64,000 nucleotides of DNA, from sequence record LT603033.1, one strand, 5' to 3'. The translations under genes were made by a program, and so were the position numbers. Below, piece after piece: positions 1 to 10,468 of the stretch. The notes beneath the pieces are model-generated. The model did no database searches. It was not told where the DNA came from and worked only from the letters and a program-made list of their open reading frames with translations. Each line of letters begins with the position of its first letter. Position 1 is the stretch's first letter.

Positions 1-4
1 TGGT

Positions 5-415
5 ATGTACGGTGAGGATAAAACATATTATGCGTCAATGAAATTTCAAGATTTTCACGAGATGTTAATATCGTTATCATATGAAGATGTTGATCCAAGA
101 TGGAGTTCCAGTATTTCACTATCGAGAATGGTAATTCGTAGTAAGCATCGTTATATTTCGTCAAAGAATACTCCTAACTTGATTAATATTGTGTTGAATG
201 AAAATACAAATCCCCTATCTAAACATGATATCGTACCGTTAACCGATGAAGTTCTTTTTCAATTGAGTACCATTTGTGATGAAGATGTGATATCATGTAT
301 GAAAATTTATGAGAAGGTTGGGAGTGATATTCCCATGAACTATTACCTAACTATAGATGGAACGTACCTTCGAGATGAGGTTCTAGCGTACATTGACAGT
401 GTTTTACCAAAATAA
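5..415 (+). CDS. Hypothetical protein with FQLST motif (probably starts upstream of the window)
   Basis: ORF track; DEVLFQLST; followed by terminator. Confidence 0.6.
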   Translation: MYGEDKTYYASMKFQDFHEMLISLSYEDVDPRWSSSISLSRMVIRSKHRYISSKNTPNLINIVLNENTNPLSKHDIVPLTDEVLFQLSTICDEDVISCMKIYEKVGSDIPMNYYLTIDGTYLRDEVLAYIDSVLPK

Positions 416-435
416 AGACCCGTATGGGTCTTTTT
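414..435 (+). terminator. Intrinsic terminator
   Basis: AAAGACCC-gtat-GGGTCTTT plus T run. Confidence 0.85.
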
Positions 436-446
436 GTGTTTATGGC

Positions 447-475
447 TTTACAAGAGCATTCAGGTGTGTTATACT
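447..475 (+). promoter_or_regulatory. sigma70-type promoter
   Basis: TTTACA-17 nt-TATACT. Confidence 0.65.
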
Positions 476-502
476 TGATTTTAAATAGAGTTGGAGGAAT
501 CT

Positions 503-1069
503 ATGAGTACTGAATTAATTAAAGAAGTCACATTACTTCTGAAGCATTGTTTTAAGTTCATTCCTGATACTGGCTCACGCCAGTACATTAAAGTTAATGA
601 GAAATATAACATCAATATCCTTGTATCTGAAACTGCGAGCAGTTATGCTAACATTGAGTTGGATTCTGAAGAAAAATATACAGTATTACAAATCATAGCA
701 GATGTACAACGTAAACAAGATTATCGTTCTTCATTTTACAACGATTATCTGTGTGTTTGCTCAAACTTCAGTGAGAATAAAATTGTGTATAAGAATTTAT
801 ACACACATGAAGTGATTGATACATATAATTATAAAATTTCATCTGATGAATACAATGTTCTAATGTTCAACGCAAACCTTTTGTATGATGCCAGTACTGT
901 ACGCTGTTTAGAGTTAGCATATAAAATTCCAAAGATCATGGAAAGAAAAGATTTGATTCACTTTAAAACTATTTTAAAATACAGTACAAAAGAATTAGAG
1001 GATTTAGTACAGGCTCTTAAGAATTTCATTAATGAACATGTACCTGTTAAATTCGAGGATGCACAATGA
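503..1069 (+). CDS. Hypothetical protein
   Basis: GGAGGA RBS then ATG at 503. Confidence 0.75.
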   Translation: MSTELIKEVTLLLKHCFKFIPDTGSRQYIKVNEKYNINILVSETASSYANIELDSEEKYTVLQIIADVQRKQDYRSSFYNDYLCVCSNFSENKIVYKNLYTHEVIDTYNYKISSDEYNVLMFNANLLYDASTVRCLELAYKIPKIMERKDLIHFKTILKYSTKELEDLVQALKNFINEHVPVKFEDAQ

Positions 1070-1650
1070 ACCATATCAGAACTAAAATTTTGAGACTCAT
1101 GCATGACATTGCAGAACTTTCAGAGATTCATGACATTACGGAAATTGTTGAATTTGATAATTATCGACTGAAAATTGAAAACAAATCCAAACATCGTTTT
1201 GGTTCAGTTCAGTTGGATGTATATAAAACTTATGAATTTTCTAAAAAAATTAAAAGTTCATGGGATACGATTACTATGTACATTCGCACATCCAGAAATC
1301 GTGAACGTATTGGTTCTATTTCTTCTAATATGGTATTTGCGAATGCATTACATGAAAAAATGAATAAAATTGTAGAATCTGATTTCAGTGAAGATGATGG
1401 TTTTATTGGGTTGGATGTTCCACCAGAATTAGACCAAAGTGAAGATATTCGAGATGCATTCATTTTCCAGAAATCATTGTTGGACAATTACAAAGAATTC
1501 GAGTACTTAATGCTTTGTTACGATACTGCAAAAATTCTTGATTGTGGTGAACTAGTTATGTACAATGATTTTATCAATTGCAAGACTGATGTTCTGAATA
1601 CACTACTTCAAAATATAGAATCTGTTAAGGAAAAATATGAACGCTTATAG
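1066..1650 (+). CDS. Hypothetical protein, FQ-motif family
   Basis: ATGA overlap; DAFIFQKSL. Confidence 0.75.
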   Translation: MNHIRTKILRLMHDIAELSEIHDITEIVEFDNYRLKIENKSKHRFGSVQLDVYKTYEFSKKIKSSWDTITMYIRTSRNRERIGSISSNMVFANALHEKMNKIVESDFSEDDGFIGLDVPPELDQSEDIRDAFIFQKSLLDNYKEFEYLMLCYDTAKILDCGELVMYNDFINCKTDVLNTLLQNIESVKEKYERL

Positions 1651-2218
1651 TTATATGACAGAACGCCATCAGTTATTATATGATATCAGTAAAAAAATGC
1701 TATCAATTGTTGGTAGTGCGAAAGAAATTGAAAAACAATATCTCATCCGTGATGTATCAATTTCATCTAAATGTTGGTCAAATGAATATTACGACCACGG
1801 TATTCTTACTATTTCTGGGGCCAGAAATATTTGTATTGTAAAAAATAAAAGTAAAAGTAATGAAGAGTGTGAGATTAGAACCGATATACAAATTAAGGAT
1901 GATGGAAGTTTTTCACATCACCCATTCCATATTAGTACTATTGGTGTTTTATATAATATTAAAGTACTATTCGGTGATGAAGAGTATGTGTTAAAAGCTA
2001 TCAATCCAGATTCAAGTACAGTTGAAGAAGAACTGTTCCAGATGAGCACTGTTATACCTGAAGAGGTTCTTAGTACTGTTGTTTTTTGTAGTTTAATTTA
2101 TCATACATACAAAAAGAACCAATTCGATTTCCACATTTTAGGAACGTACATCTTCAATACTTTGAATGTTGATCGTTTAAAAGCATTAAATGCAGCAATG
2201 GATAAGGTGCTACAATGA
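1637..2218 (+). CDS. Hypothetical protein, FQ-motif family
   Basis: EEELFQMST. Confidence 0.75.
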   Translation: MNAYSYMTERHQLLYDISKKMLSIVGSAKEIEKQYLIRDVSISSKCWSNEYYDHGILTISGARNICIVKNKSKSNEECEIRTDIQIKDDGSFSHHPFHISTIGVLYNIKVLFGDEEYVLKAINPDSSTVEEELFQMSTVIPEEVLSTVVFCSLIYHTYKKNQFDFHILGTYIFNTLNVDRLKALNAAMDKVLQ

Positions 2219-2643
2219 CAAGAGATGATTGTTTGTACATATGGGATATAATTGAAACTACACTTTCAAATCCAGAAAATTATAAAACAAAAAAAAGACA
2301 ACGACACAAAATATGGATAGATTTGTTCGTTGAGGGCATACACGCAGTGACTATTTGGGATTCACCGAGGGCATCAGCATCTACTCTATTGGACAATGAA
2401 TGCATTGATTGCATTAATTCCACTTTTCATCTCTACGGTACTACATTTTTCGGTACATTTCTGGATATTGAAAGTAAAGATGATATTGATTCACTTGCGT
2501 TACAATACCAAGTACTGTATAATACTAAATTAATTTACGATTTAGTACTAGCTTCTTATGTGTATAAATTAATGATGAAATATAATCATATTTCTGTTTC
2601 AGTTTATACTAAGGATATTCTTTCATTAAGAGACAAAACATGA
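2215..2643 (+). CDS. Hypothetical protein
   Basis: ATGA-coupled ORF. Confidence 0.7.
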   Translation: MTRDDCLYIWDIIETTLSNPENYKTKKRQRHKIWIDLFVEGIHAVTIWDSPRASASTLLDNECIDCINSTFHLYGTTFFGTFLDIESKDDIDSLALQYQVLYNTKLIYDLVLASYVYKLMMKYNHISVSVYTKDILSLRDKT

Positions 2644-3149
2644 GTTTATTAAATGCACGCGAATTAGTTGAGATGTATGAGATTTTGTCTTCATATAAAA
2701 ATTCTCATGGAGATGTGATTCTCGACAAAAAGTTCCATGTCAGTGTTGAACATATATCAAATATAGATATGATTTCTTTGGTGGAAAGTAATAAGTCAGG
2801 TCTTGAACGCGATATCATGCGTTTGATTTATATTCCCAAACCATCATATACTAATGATAGTTCAATTAGTAATGAGACATTCATGTATAGTCCTGGTACG
2901 GATTCTACTATAGTATCGCTGTCCAATAAATCAATGGGTACTTTCCAATTCATCTATACCAGTACTGATAACATTGAAGAAATTGAATTTCAAAACAATA
3001 CATTAAGTCCATGTAGTAGTGTTATAACCTTTATGTCATATCTATGGTCAACTAAAACAAGTGCTGTTGTATATAGTTCAAATTATACACAAGATAGTAT
3101 TGTTGAATCATATAAAGTTCTAAAGGAATACTATGAAAATAACAAATGA
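2640..3149 (+). CDS. Hypothetical protein, FQ-motif family
   Basis: EEIEFQNNT. Confidence 0.7.
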   Translation: MSLLNARELVEMYEILSSYKNSHGDVILDKKFHVSVEHISNIDMISLVESNKSGLERDIMRLIYIPKPSYTNDSSISNETFMYSPGTDSTIVSLSNKSMGTFQFIYTSTDNIEEIEFQNNTLSPCSSVITFMSYLWSTKTSAVVYSSNYTQDSIVESYKVLKEYYENNK

Positions 3150-3714
3150 TTTTATTAAAAGTGTAGTACACCCTATGCTTAGTATTATGAAAAAAATACA
3201 GAATCTACCGGAAGATAACGATTACAAGTTTAATCGTTTTGATTCAGATGTGTTTTGTATTGAAATTGAAATTAATAACAATCGCAATTTACATTTAAAA
3301 TTCAAAGAATCGTCAAGTCCGTACTACAACTTTGATATGAATTTTAAAATAGATACTGACATTGAAGAAAACGTAATATCAAATCATACTAGCAAAAATG
3401 GTTTTATGCATAGAACTACTATGTACAATAATAAAAATAGTATTATATCTAAATGGAATCATCAATTCACTAAAATTTGTGAAATTGAATATAGTGATTT
3501 TGGTGAAGAGAATTACTTTCAGTTAAGTACAATTCATGAACTTCCACCGTATGATTATGTTAAAACATGGTTTGATATTCATAATATAATTGATGATGCA
3601 ATCAAACTTCCATTTGGTGTGTCAATATCATATACTGCTCCTAAAACATTTGTTTTTACTGAAGATATGATTATGAAAAAGATATGGGCAATTATCCCAC
3701 TTATGATGGATTAA
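3133..3714 (+). CDS. Hypothetical protein, FQ-motif family
   Basis: AAGGA RBS; EENYFQLST. Confidence 0.75.
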   Translation: MKITNDFIKSVVHPMLSIMKKIQNLPEDNDYKFNRFDSDVFCIEIEINNNRNLHLKFKESSSPYYNFDMNFKIDTDIEENVISNHTSKNGFMHRTTMYNNKNSIISKWNHQFTKICEIEYSDFGEENYFQLSTIHELPPYDYVKTWFDIHNIIDDAIKLPFGVSISYTAPKTFVFTEDMIMKKIWAIIPLMMD

Positions 3715-3718
3715 ATTC

Positions 3719-3757
3719 GTACCAGGGGTTGACTCTGGTATTTTTGTATGATACATT
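3719..3757 (+). promoter_or_regulatory. Terminator-like hairpin overlapping a sigma70-type promoter
   Basis: TACCAGGG/CTCTGGTA plus T run; TTGACT(3729)-17-TACATT(3752). Confidence 0.6.
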
Positions 3758-3775
3758 GTCCTAAAGGAGAATTTT

Positions 3776-4327
3776 ATGAACTACAATCATGATCTTTTTA
3801 CATTATGTGCATCCAAATGTGTTGATGGATGGACAGATAAAATCAATACCATAATTCATCGATATCTGGTCTTTAGTTCTCGTGCACGAAGTGAGGGGGC
3901 TATGGATTTCAAATATACACTATCTATTGATGGTGTAACTATCCATGCAGACGAAGAACGTCTGAGCATTAATTTGTATGATTCCTGTGTATTTGCTATT
4001 CACCAAAAGATGGGGAAAGGATGGGGTTGTAATAACATTAACTCAAAAGCTATCTTTTGGGTTGGTCACCACCAGACAGTACTTGATCCTTCAATCAAAT
4101 CTAATCTTTTATCCGATAATATGGTTTATGATTTATTGTACTCCGAAGAACAACATTTTCAGTTAAGTACATTACATGATCTGGCACAGTACGAGGATTG
4201 TTACAAAACATTAGAACTATGCCATTCCCTTGAACTTAAAGATAAATTGATACAAGTTTACCCTTCATTCTTTCATGAAGAAGTACAAAGTACACTAGAT
4301 CATATTTTATATGGATACGATAAATGA
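3776..4327 (+). CDS. Hypothetical protein, FQ-motif family
   Basis: AAGGAG RBS; EEQHFQLST. Confidence 0.8.
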   Translation: MNYNHDLFTLCASKCVDGWTDKINTIIHRYLVFSSRARSEGAMDFKYTLSIDGVTIHADEERLSINLYDSCVFAIHQKMGKGWGCNNINSKAIFWVGHHQTVLDPSIKSNLLSDNMVYDLLYSEEQHFQLSTLHDLAQYEDCYKTLELCHSLELKDKLIQVYPSFFHEEVQSTLDHILYGYDK

Positions 4328-4926
4328 GAAAAAGTTATCAAGAAGCTATTGACTTAATTCGTGAAGTTATCAAGGTGGCTCCTGCTGCTATTGAGTTCAA
4401 GAAGTCCATATACAAGAAGTATGGTTCAATGTCGAGTATGTGCTTTCAAAAGAAACGTAGAGCATTCACTACCCAGTACTGGAATGATTCTATCATCCTG
4501 AGCAATGAGACTCAGCGTATTTTAACACTAGAATCTGAACCTAATGAGTACGGGGAAGGGAACATTTGTGTACCTGATTATGATGAAATTAACTTCAACT
4601 GCGGTGATTTTGAAACAACATTATTACTTCATGAGGGTTATCCAGAAGGTGATGTATTAGCTGAGTACAATCCAAAAACTAAAATTCTCAAAAGAGGAAT
4701 CCAGTTCACTATTAATAACAAAGATGATGTTCAAGCAGCACTGATGCAACTGAGTACAAGTGAACCTATCACTATTAGTGTAGAAGAGTTATGGGGAATT
4801 ATTTCAGTACTCAATGAGTGCTACAAAGTAAAATCATTGCGTAAACACAGCATTATATTACATACCAATATGGCAAATATAAAATGTAAGCACATTCAAG
4901 AAATGGTGGTTCCAGATGGACTTTAA
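4324..4926 (+). CDS. Hypothetical protein, FQ-motif family
   Basis: AALMQLST. Confidence 0.75.
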   Translation: MRKSYQEAIDLIREVIKVAPAAIEFKKSIYKKYGSMSSMCFQKKRRAFTTQYWNDSIILSNETQRILTLESEPNEYGEGNICVPDYDEINFNCGDFETTLLLHEGYPEGDVLAEYNPKTKILKRGIQFTINNKDDVQAALMQLSTSEPITISVEELWGIISVLNECYKVKSLRKHSIILHTNMANIKCKHIQEMVVPDGL

Positions 4927-5500
4927 AGAAATTGAAAGTAAATTAAAGTACTTCAAAGATATCAAACTTCTTTGGAAAAAGTATAAAGTTGATTACAATT
5001 TCAGTGATGATGAGACAATAAAATACATTGAGATTAATATCAAAATCAAGTTCAAGAATAATAATTATGGTGAAGTAACCTTAAATCATACTGGTATATC
5101 ACTCAAGGACTATGATGGTACAACACTCGCATATTTTGACTTCACACCAGAACCAGGTGAAACACTACTTAGTGAGATAAATTCCTATGACATGGAAGTG
5201 TTCGGCGGGAATCCGTTACTGTTCCGACTTTCTGAAGAGTGGAGTGAAGAGTACTACACTTACAAAGATGGTGTAGTACTTGACATTCATGGAGAAGTTG
5301 TGAATGACTTGGAAGAACGTTTGTTCCAAGAATTGTGTGTTTCAAATACTTCATATGCATACAATCATATCCTTGACATGTTTGATTTATATAGTAAAAT
5401 AGATGCTGAAATGAAGGCACATGGTATTCATTACCTTACAATTAACGACTATGCTCAACTCGAAACCGCTGTGAAAGCATTGACTAAAGTACTGAAATAG
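4916..5500 (+). CDS. Hypothetical protein, FQ-motif family
   Basis: EERLFQEL. Confidence 0.75.
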   Translation: MDFKEIESKLKYFKDIKLLWKKYKVDYNFSDDETIKYIEINIKIKFKNNNYGEVTLNHTGISLKDYDGTTLAYFDFTPEPGETLLSEINSYDMEVFGGNPLLFRLSEEWSEEYYTYKDGVVLDIHGEVVNDLEERLFQELCVSNTSYAYNHILDMFDLYSKIDAEMKAHGIHYLTINDYAQLETAVKALTKVLK

Positions 5501-5509
5501 GAATGAAAT

Positions 5510-5923
5510 ATGAAACTGTATCATGCGAGTACTGTAAAAATTGATAACTTTTATATCCCGTATGGTGGTCTTCATATGGGAGGTAAACACAGTGCTTTGG
5601 AAGCTGCATTACGCAAGCTGAGAAGCCCACTGAACGTAGTAGACGCATGTACAGTATACTTGCATACCTTAGAAGTTGATGTTGATAACGTGCTTCTGTG
5701 TGAAGATTTAGGCAGTGATGATGAGTGGCGTTCACTTATTGAGAATTGCACTGCTCAAGGTTATGATGCTGTTCAGTACAAAAATGATTACGAGCCAGAC
5801 AATGTTCCTAGCTTTATGATTTGGGATGCATCTAAAGTTCGCATCATTGAAGTTGATGCTATGCATATGGATGAAGCTGAAATGATTATCGAAGATTTTC
5901 TTGATGAATATGAAGGTGTATAA
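5510..5923 (+). CDS. Putative ADP-ribosyltransferase-fold protein (ART-PolyVal-like)
   Basis: KLYHAST, GGLHMG, GYDAVQYKNDYE, SFMIWDASKVRI layout. Confidence 0.5.
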   Translation: MKLYHASTVKIDNFYIPYGGLHMGGKHSALEAALRKLRSPLNVVDACTVYLHTLEVDVDNVLLCEDLGSDDEWRSLIENCTAQGYDAVQYKNDYEPDNVPSFMIWDASKVRIIEVDAMHMDEAEMIIEDFLDEYEGV

Positions 5924-6459
5924 TGACTGACCCGATGGTAGCACTGGCACGTACTAAGTTACTATTAAAGATTGGTGAGATTTTTACGGTTCTTCTGTCC
6001 AATAATATTGATATTACTGAGCTAGATATTAAGCAACCGTGGGAAGTGACTATGTTCTCGGCGTTCCACCGATTGTCATATAAAGGTGAAAGTGTTCTTG
6101 ATTTTAACCCTAAAGCAAAATTCATAGATTATGCTGCGTTGTACAGAGAGTTGCACCGGAATATTTATTCCGGTTGTATAACCAATAACTTCAAAGAAAT
6201 TAAAGTTCAAACTGCATCACATGAGTTCAATGATTTACTTTATCCAGAATTTAATCTAACGGAAGAATTACTCTTTCAGTACTCGTTAATTCTCACAAAT
6301 CTCGAAACGCTAGAGTACTACAAAGAGTTAGTAGATATTTTTATGAATACACGACTTTCAAAAGATATTGTGATATTCTGGTATACAGAGCATGTTACGG
6401 AGGAATTGCTTACTGAATTTCTTCTAAATATGACAGCTATAAAGGAGAAGTTATGTTAG
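5923..6459 (+). CDS. Hypothetical protein, FQ-motif family
   Basis: EELLFQYSL. Confidence 0.75.
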   Translation: MTDPMVALARTKLLLKIGEIFTVLLSNNIDITELDIKQPWEVTMFSAFHRLSYKGESVLDFNPKAKFIDYAALYRELHRNIYSGCITNNFKEIKVQTASHEFNDLLYPEFNLTEELLFQYSLILTNLETLEYYKELVDIFMNTRLSKDIVIFWYTEHVTEELLTEFLLNMTAIKEKLC

Positions 6460-6926
6460 ATATTTTAGGAAACATCGATACTGCAAATTATTTTATCCAG
6501 GACGCACTGTTCAATACAGTTCAACAAGGATTAGAAGTTCGTCATAACGTTTACCAAGGTGATGGTTATTTCGTTGATATTGTTGAGGCACGAAAGAATA
6601 CGTTTAATGTTAACATTACAACACTGGGTAGACAGAACATTGCACGAATTTTAGTAAGTAAAGATGAAATTGTATTGAGATACAGTGCTAAGTTTATGTT
6701 GACTTATAAGAAAAAAACTGATATGTTCAGTACTAATTTATTTGATGAGCCATTTGACCTTGAAGATATTGAAGCTACTTTCTTTACTCAAAGTACTATG
6801 GTAAAATACACTGATGTTCAATTTTCTGCTGATGTAATGTCAGAAACATTACAAATGATCAAGGTATTATTTTATGCATTTGAGCAATTTAGAGAAGAAA
6901 GAAACAAGGTTAACAACCACAGATGA
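6453..6926 (+). CDS. Hypothetical protein, FQ-motif family (divergent)
   Basis: AAGGAG RBS; EATFFTQST. Confidence 0.75.
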   Translation: MLDILGNIDTANYFIQDALFNTVQQGLEVRHNVYQGDGYFVDIVEARKNTFNVNITTLGRQNIARILVSKDEIVLRYSAKFMLTYKKKTDMFSTNLFDEPFDLEDIEATFFTQSTMVKYTDVQFSADVMSETLQMIKVLFYAFEQFREERNKVNNHR

Positions 6927-7287
6927 ACTAATAGAGGCGATCACTAAGGAGTCAAAATACCATAAAGGGATTCGTCTATACTTTATAGATACTGGTTCGA
7001 TGGAAGGTACATACATTTATGGTTCACAATCGTTGTCTTATGATACAATGCCAAATAAACATGTTAAAATCTTTTTAGGTTCAAGTAATAAAACTTTCTT
7101 GACAATTAATGATAGCAGTGTTATTATGAATTCGTTGGGTCATGATAAGGTGGAAATTGATCTAAACACGCTGGAGGATATTGATTTTTTTCAATACGAG
7201 TGTTTAGGTGTTGACTTACATGGCATTAGTAGCGATATGATAAAATCATTAATCAAATATTTCGAAGGTGTTCATAAATGTATCTAA
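6874..7287 (+). CDS. Hypothetical protein, FQ-motif family; start uncertain
   Basis: DIDFFQYE. Confidence 0.65.
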   Translation: MHLSNLEKKETRLTTTDELIEAITKESKYHKGIRLYFIDTGSMEGTYIYGSQSLSYDTMPNKHVKIFLGSSNKTFLTINDSSVIMNSLGHDKVEIDLNTLEDIDFFQYECLGVDLHGISSDMIKSLIKYFEGVHKCI

Positions 7288-7775
7288 CTAAATCAATGAA
7301 AAATTCATTTGATAAAATCAAGAGTTGTCTTGATGGAGAAAATATTACAAGTGTTACACAAACTGCTGACCAAATTCAAAGCAGTTCAAGTGATTGTACT
7401 GTTATTTTAGGTTTACATAGTCTACGTTTATCAATAGTAAATAATATTGACAACACTGCTATTGTAATCACACCATGCCATATTCAAAATGAGAATGGTG
7501 TATATCTTCATCACATGGGAACAGTATTTCATATTTTCAATACAAACGAAAACATTGTTAAGGAATACAAATCTCTTAATATTGATTCAGGTGAATTATT
7601 TCAAATGAGTACTTTGTACTCATGTAATTTTACAGATACTTCATGTATTTTGCCATTTTTCTTGGAAATTATTAAGAAAATGGAAAATTTAAAACGTGAA
7701 TACAATAAAGAAATGGTTCCTGAAGCTATATTAAATATTACTAATGCTATAGAGAAGTATAATGCAGTGACTTAA
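7278..7775 (+). CDS. Hypothetical protein, FQ-motif family
   Basis: GELFQMST. Confidence 0.75.
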   Translation: MYLTKSMKNSFDKIKSCLDGENITSVTQTADQIQSSSSDCTVILGLHSLRLSIVNNIDNTAIVITPCHIQNENGVYLHHMGTVFHIFNTNENIVKEYKSLNIDSGELFQMSTLYSCNFTDTSCILPFFLEIIKKMENLKREYNKEMVPEAILNITNAIEKYNAVT

Positions 7776-7817
7776 TAAAAACGCACATGGAGTGCATTAG
7801 AAGATCAAGGATAGATC

Positions 7818-8291
7818 ATGGAGATTAAAACTGTTGAAAATGGGAAAATTGATGACATTTTAGAGTTGGACGCATTCAAAGTTCATGATATAATGTTTAA
7901 TGTGAAGGACATTATTCAATGTCTATTTTTGTGTAGCAAGACAATGCATGATTTTTTTCACAACCCAAATACTAACGTTTTTATACTAACAATCAGTACT
8001 GAAAACTCGTTTATCATGGGTATGCCTATGAGTACAAATGAACAATATATTGATTGTGTTATTCGTAATAACGATAGTATTACGCCACAATCTGAAGTAC
8101 GTAAAAAGAAAAACACCTACACAATCAAAGATGATAAAATTATGATGTGCTGTAGTAAAGGGTTTATATTAGATAATTTTATCGTAAAAGACAGTTATCA
8201 CGACTTTAAAGTATCTGAAAATCAATCCAATGTAGTTCTTTATGCGAGTGACATAGAAAGTCTAACAGTTAAAGATCCTAGTTTGGAGTAA
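7818..8291 (+). CDS. Hypothetical protein
   Basis: AAGGA RBS. Confidence 0.7.
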   Translation: MEIKTVENGKIDDILELDAFKVHDIMFNVKDIIQCLFLCSKTMHDFFHNPNTNVFILTISTENSFIMGMPMSTNEQYIDCVIRNNDSITPQSEVRKKKNTYTIKDDKIMMCCSKGFILDNFIVKDSYHDFKVSENQSNVVLYASDIESLTVKDPSLE

Positions 8292-8293
8292 TT

Positions 8294-8425
8294 ATGTCGA
8301 AGAAAGTTAACAATTTCGTACAGAAACATATGAATGAGTTTAATAAACCTCAGACACATGTGGATCGTAAAAAAGAAATGAAAAATGGTAAAGTAAAACA
8401 CAAGTCGAGATTTATTCTCGACTAA
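8294..8425 (+). CDS. Small basic protein, 43 aa (not in ORF track)
   Basis: GGAG RBS; MSKKVNNFVQKHMNEFNKPQTHVDRKKEMKNGKVKHKSRFILD; resembles small basic ORFs of T4-like phages. Confidence 0.7.
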   Translation: MSKKVNNFVQKHMNEFNKPQTHVDRKKEMKNGKVKHKSRFILD

Positions 8426-8432
8426 TTTTTTG
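8403..8432 (+). terminator. Terminator overlapping stop codon
   Basis: AGTCGAGA-tttat-TCTCGACT then AATTTTTT. Confidence 0.65.
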
Positions 8433-8454
8433 TCTAAATTTATGAGGATTGTAT

Positions 8455-9306
8455 ATGTTAGATATTTCAGATTTTCTTAATTTTAAAAAGTATTCAGTAC
8501 TTGAACATATCAACGAATTTCTGAATTCCCCAACACCATTTGGTATCAGTACATCAGATACATACGATGGATATAGAATCTTCCCATGCAATGACTTTCA
8601 AATTTCTGTCAAAAAAGGTACTTCAAAAGAAGTTGCAATTCGTGATGTAGTACTGTATAGCGATTCTTCTATTTATTACTGTCATGATGTGAACAATTTT
8701 GAATCTCTTTCAACACCTAATTGTTCATACTACAAATCCAATGACACAATGATGTACAAAGAAGAACACATCAATGGGGTTTCGTTTTATAAAACCGCCA
8801 GCGATAAATCATATACATCTAGAGATGATTTTGGAAAATATACATGCACTATGTATACGGATGATGAAAAATCAAATCGTATTCATTCATTCGAATCCAA
8901 ATTCAAAGAGAGTGAAGTTTCAAATATCACTATACAAGAAAAGGTTACCGAAGATGGTGTTGTGTATCGTAGTACTGCATTCTTCCGAATGAAAGATATT
9001 GCAACTGGTCGCCCAATGATGTATAATATTGACATATTCATGAAAGGTGAATCATCGGAAGTGGTGATTAGTACTGGTTATCGTGCCAACTACACATTTA
9101 CAATGGAATCACCTGATGCATCGTTGGTACATCTATTCAACAATTTATATACTTTCCAATTCGAACTTGGTTTCGAAACAAATGAATATCAAATATTTGA
9201 GATATTAAAAAGTAATATTATTAATAAATTGGAATATTACTTCAAGTTAGGCGGGAAGATGAACATAGTTAATACTATGTTACGCAACATAAAAGAAACA
9301 ATGTAA
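8455..9306 (+). CDS. Hypothetical protein
   Basis: GAGGA RBS; 283 aa ORF. Confidence 0.8.
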   Translation: MLDISDFLNFKKYSVLEHINEFLNSPTPFGISTSDTYDGYRIFPCNDFQISVKKGTSKEVAIRDVVLYSDSSIYYCHDVNNFESLSTPNCSYYKSNDTMMYKEEHINGVSFYKTASDKSYTSRDDFGKYTCTMYTDDEKSNRIHSFESKFKESEVSNITIQEKVTEDGVVYRSTAFFRMKDIATGRPMMYNIDIFMKGESSEVVISTGYRANYTFTMESPDASLVHLFNNLYTFQFELGFETNEYQIFEILKSNIINKLEYYFKLGGKMNIVNTMLRNIKETM

Positions 9307-9322
9307 TTATGGAGGATTTGGT

Positions 9323-9616
9323 ATGGATACTAAATTCAAACTTATTTTCAAAACAGAGCCGTATATCCCTTATACTGGTGAACGTTTTATTCCACCTGGT
9401 GCAGTGGAGATTGAGCATCCTGATGGAACAAAATTGTATCTCAGCCCATGTTCGTATGAACGTGCAGTTGAAATGCTAATTATGAATAGCAAACATTGTA
9501 GTAATAAGTACATTAGCTACTTATACAATGAACATATTCTAGAATTTAATGATGAGAATATGTTCATGCTGGCTATTAACGATTTCAATAACTGGCACGA
9601 AAGTTTGACTATTTGA
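9323..9616 (+). CDS. Hypothetical protein, FQ-motif-like
   Basis: GGAGG RBS; DENMFMLAI. Confidence 0.75.
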   Translation: MDTKFKLIFKTEPYIPYTGERFIPPGAVEIEHPDGTKLYLSPCSYERAVEMLIMNSKHCSNKYISYLYNEHILEFNDENMFMLAINDFNNWHESLTI

Positions 9617-9626
9617 TAAAATATTG

Positions 9627-9654
9627 TGGACATGACAATTCCTTGTGATATAAT
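9627..9654 (+). promoter_or_regulatory. GGACA-class promoter
   Basis: TGGACA-16-TATAAT with TGA before the -10. Confidence 0.7.
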
Positions 9655-9687
9655 GTTCACATCTTTTTTTGATAAATGGAGATATAG

Positions 9688-10074
9688 ATGAATACAAGTT
9701 CTGTTCTAAAAGCTATTGGTGGTGTACTTCTGATTGAAGTCCAGGGTGAACCTAAGCTATGTTGCTTAGAAGACATGAAGAATACTAAACACTTCAGTAC
9801 TGGTCAGATTTTCAATGCCATTCGTATTCTAAATGACAAATCCATTGCTGATTATGGAAAAGTTTGGCCTGTATATCAAAATGCTGATGGTGATATCAGT
9901 ACTGATTGGAAAACAATTGAGGCGGTACGACAAAGTTGTGAGAGTGATTGGGACTTCATTGTTGAAGTTTGTGATCAACTACAAGAAGATGTTCCAGAAA
10001 TTGTCGAACGAAAAGAAGTCCTAGCACGACTTGAAAAATTCCGTCACGGAACACTACAGTATGACACAATCTAA
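9688..10074 (+). CDS. Hypothetical protein
   Basis: GGAG RBS. Confidence 0.8.
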   Translation: MNTSSVLKAIGGVLLIEVQGEPKLCCLEDMKNTKHFSTGQIFNAIRILNDKSIADYGKVWPVYQNADGDISTDWKTIEAVRQSCESDWDFIVEVCDQLQEDVPEIVERKEVLARLEKFRHGTLQYDTI

Positions 10075-10123
10075 TCTGCTTATTAAAAATATCTAATTAA
10101 CATTATATAAAAGGAATTTAAAA

Positions 10124-10429
10124 ATGGAAGACAATGGAATGAAATTTGATATGTTTGAAGGTGTACCAGAGTTCGATTTCAATAAACTTGAAAATGGTGA
10201 AGAATCAGAACTAGTAAGTGTTACACTAAAATCAGATACCAAAAAGAAATATTCCCCATCAGTTCGTTCACGTTCTCAAGAAGAATATGAAACCTTCATT
10301 GAGAGTATTCATTACGAAACGTTCCATCATGCAGATGGTACTCCGTATGAAGTTCGTGTTACAGTACTGAAGCCTGAAGTAAACCCAATGGAAAATCTAC
10401 GTCCTGTTTACTGCTGGGCAAGCCACTAA
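10124..10429 (+). CDS. Hypothetical acidic protein
   Basis: AAGGA RBS. Confidence 0.75.
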   Translation: MEDNGMKFDMFEGVPEFDFNKLENGEESELVSVTLKSDTKKKYSPSVRSRSQEEYETFIESIHYETFHHADGTPYEVRVTVLKPEVNPMENLRPVYCWASH

Positions 10430-10435
10430 TAAACC

Positions 10436-10468
10436 AAAGGACGGGATATAATATCTCGTCTTTTTTTT
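10436..10468 (+). terminator. Intrinsic terminator
   Basis: GACGGGATA-taa-TATCTCGTC plus T8. Confidence 0.85.
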
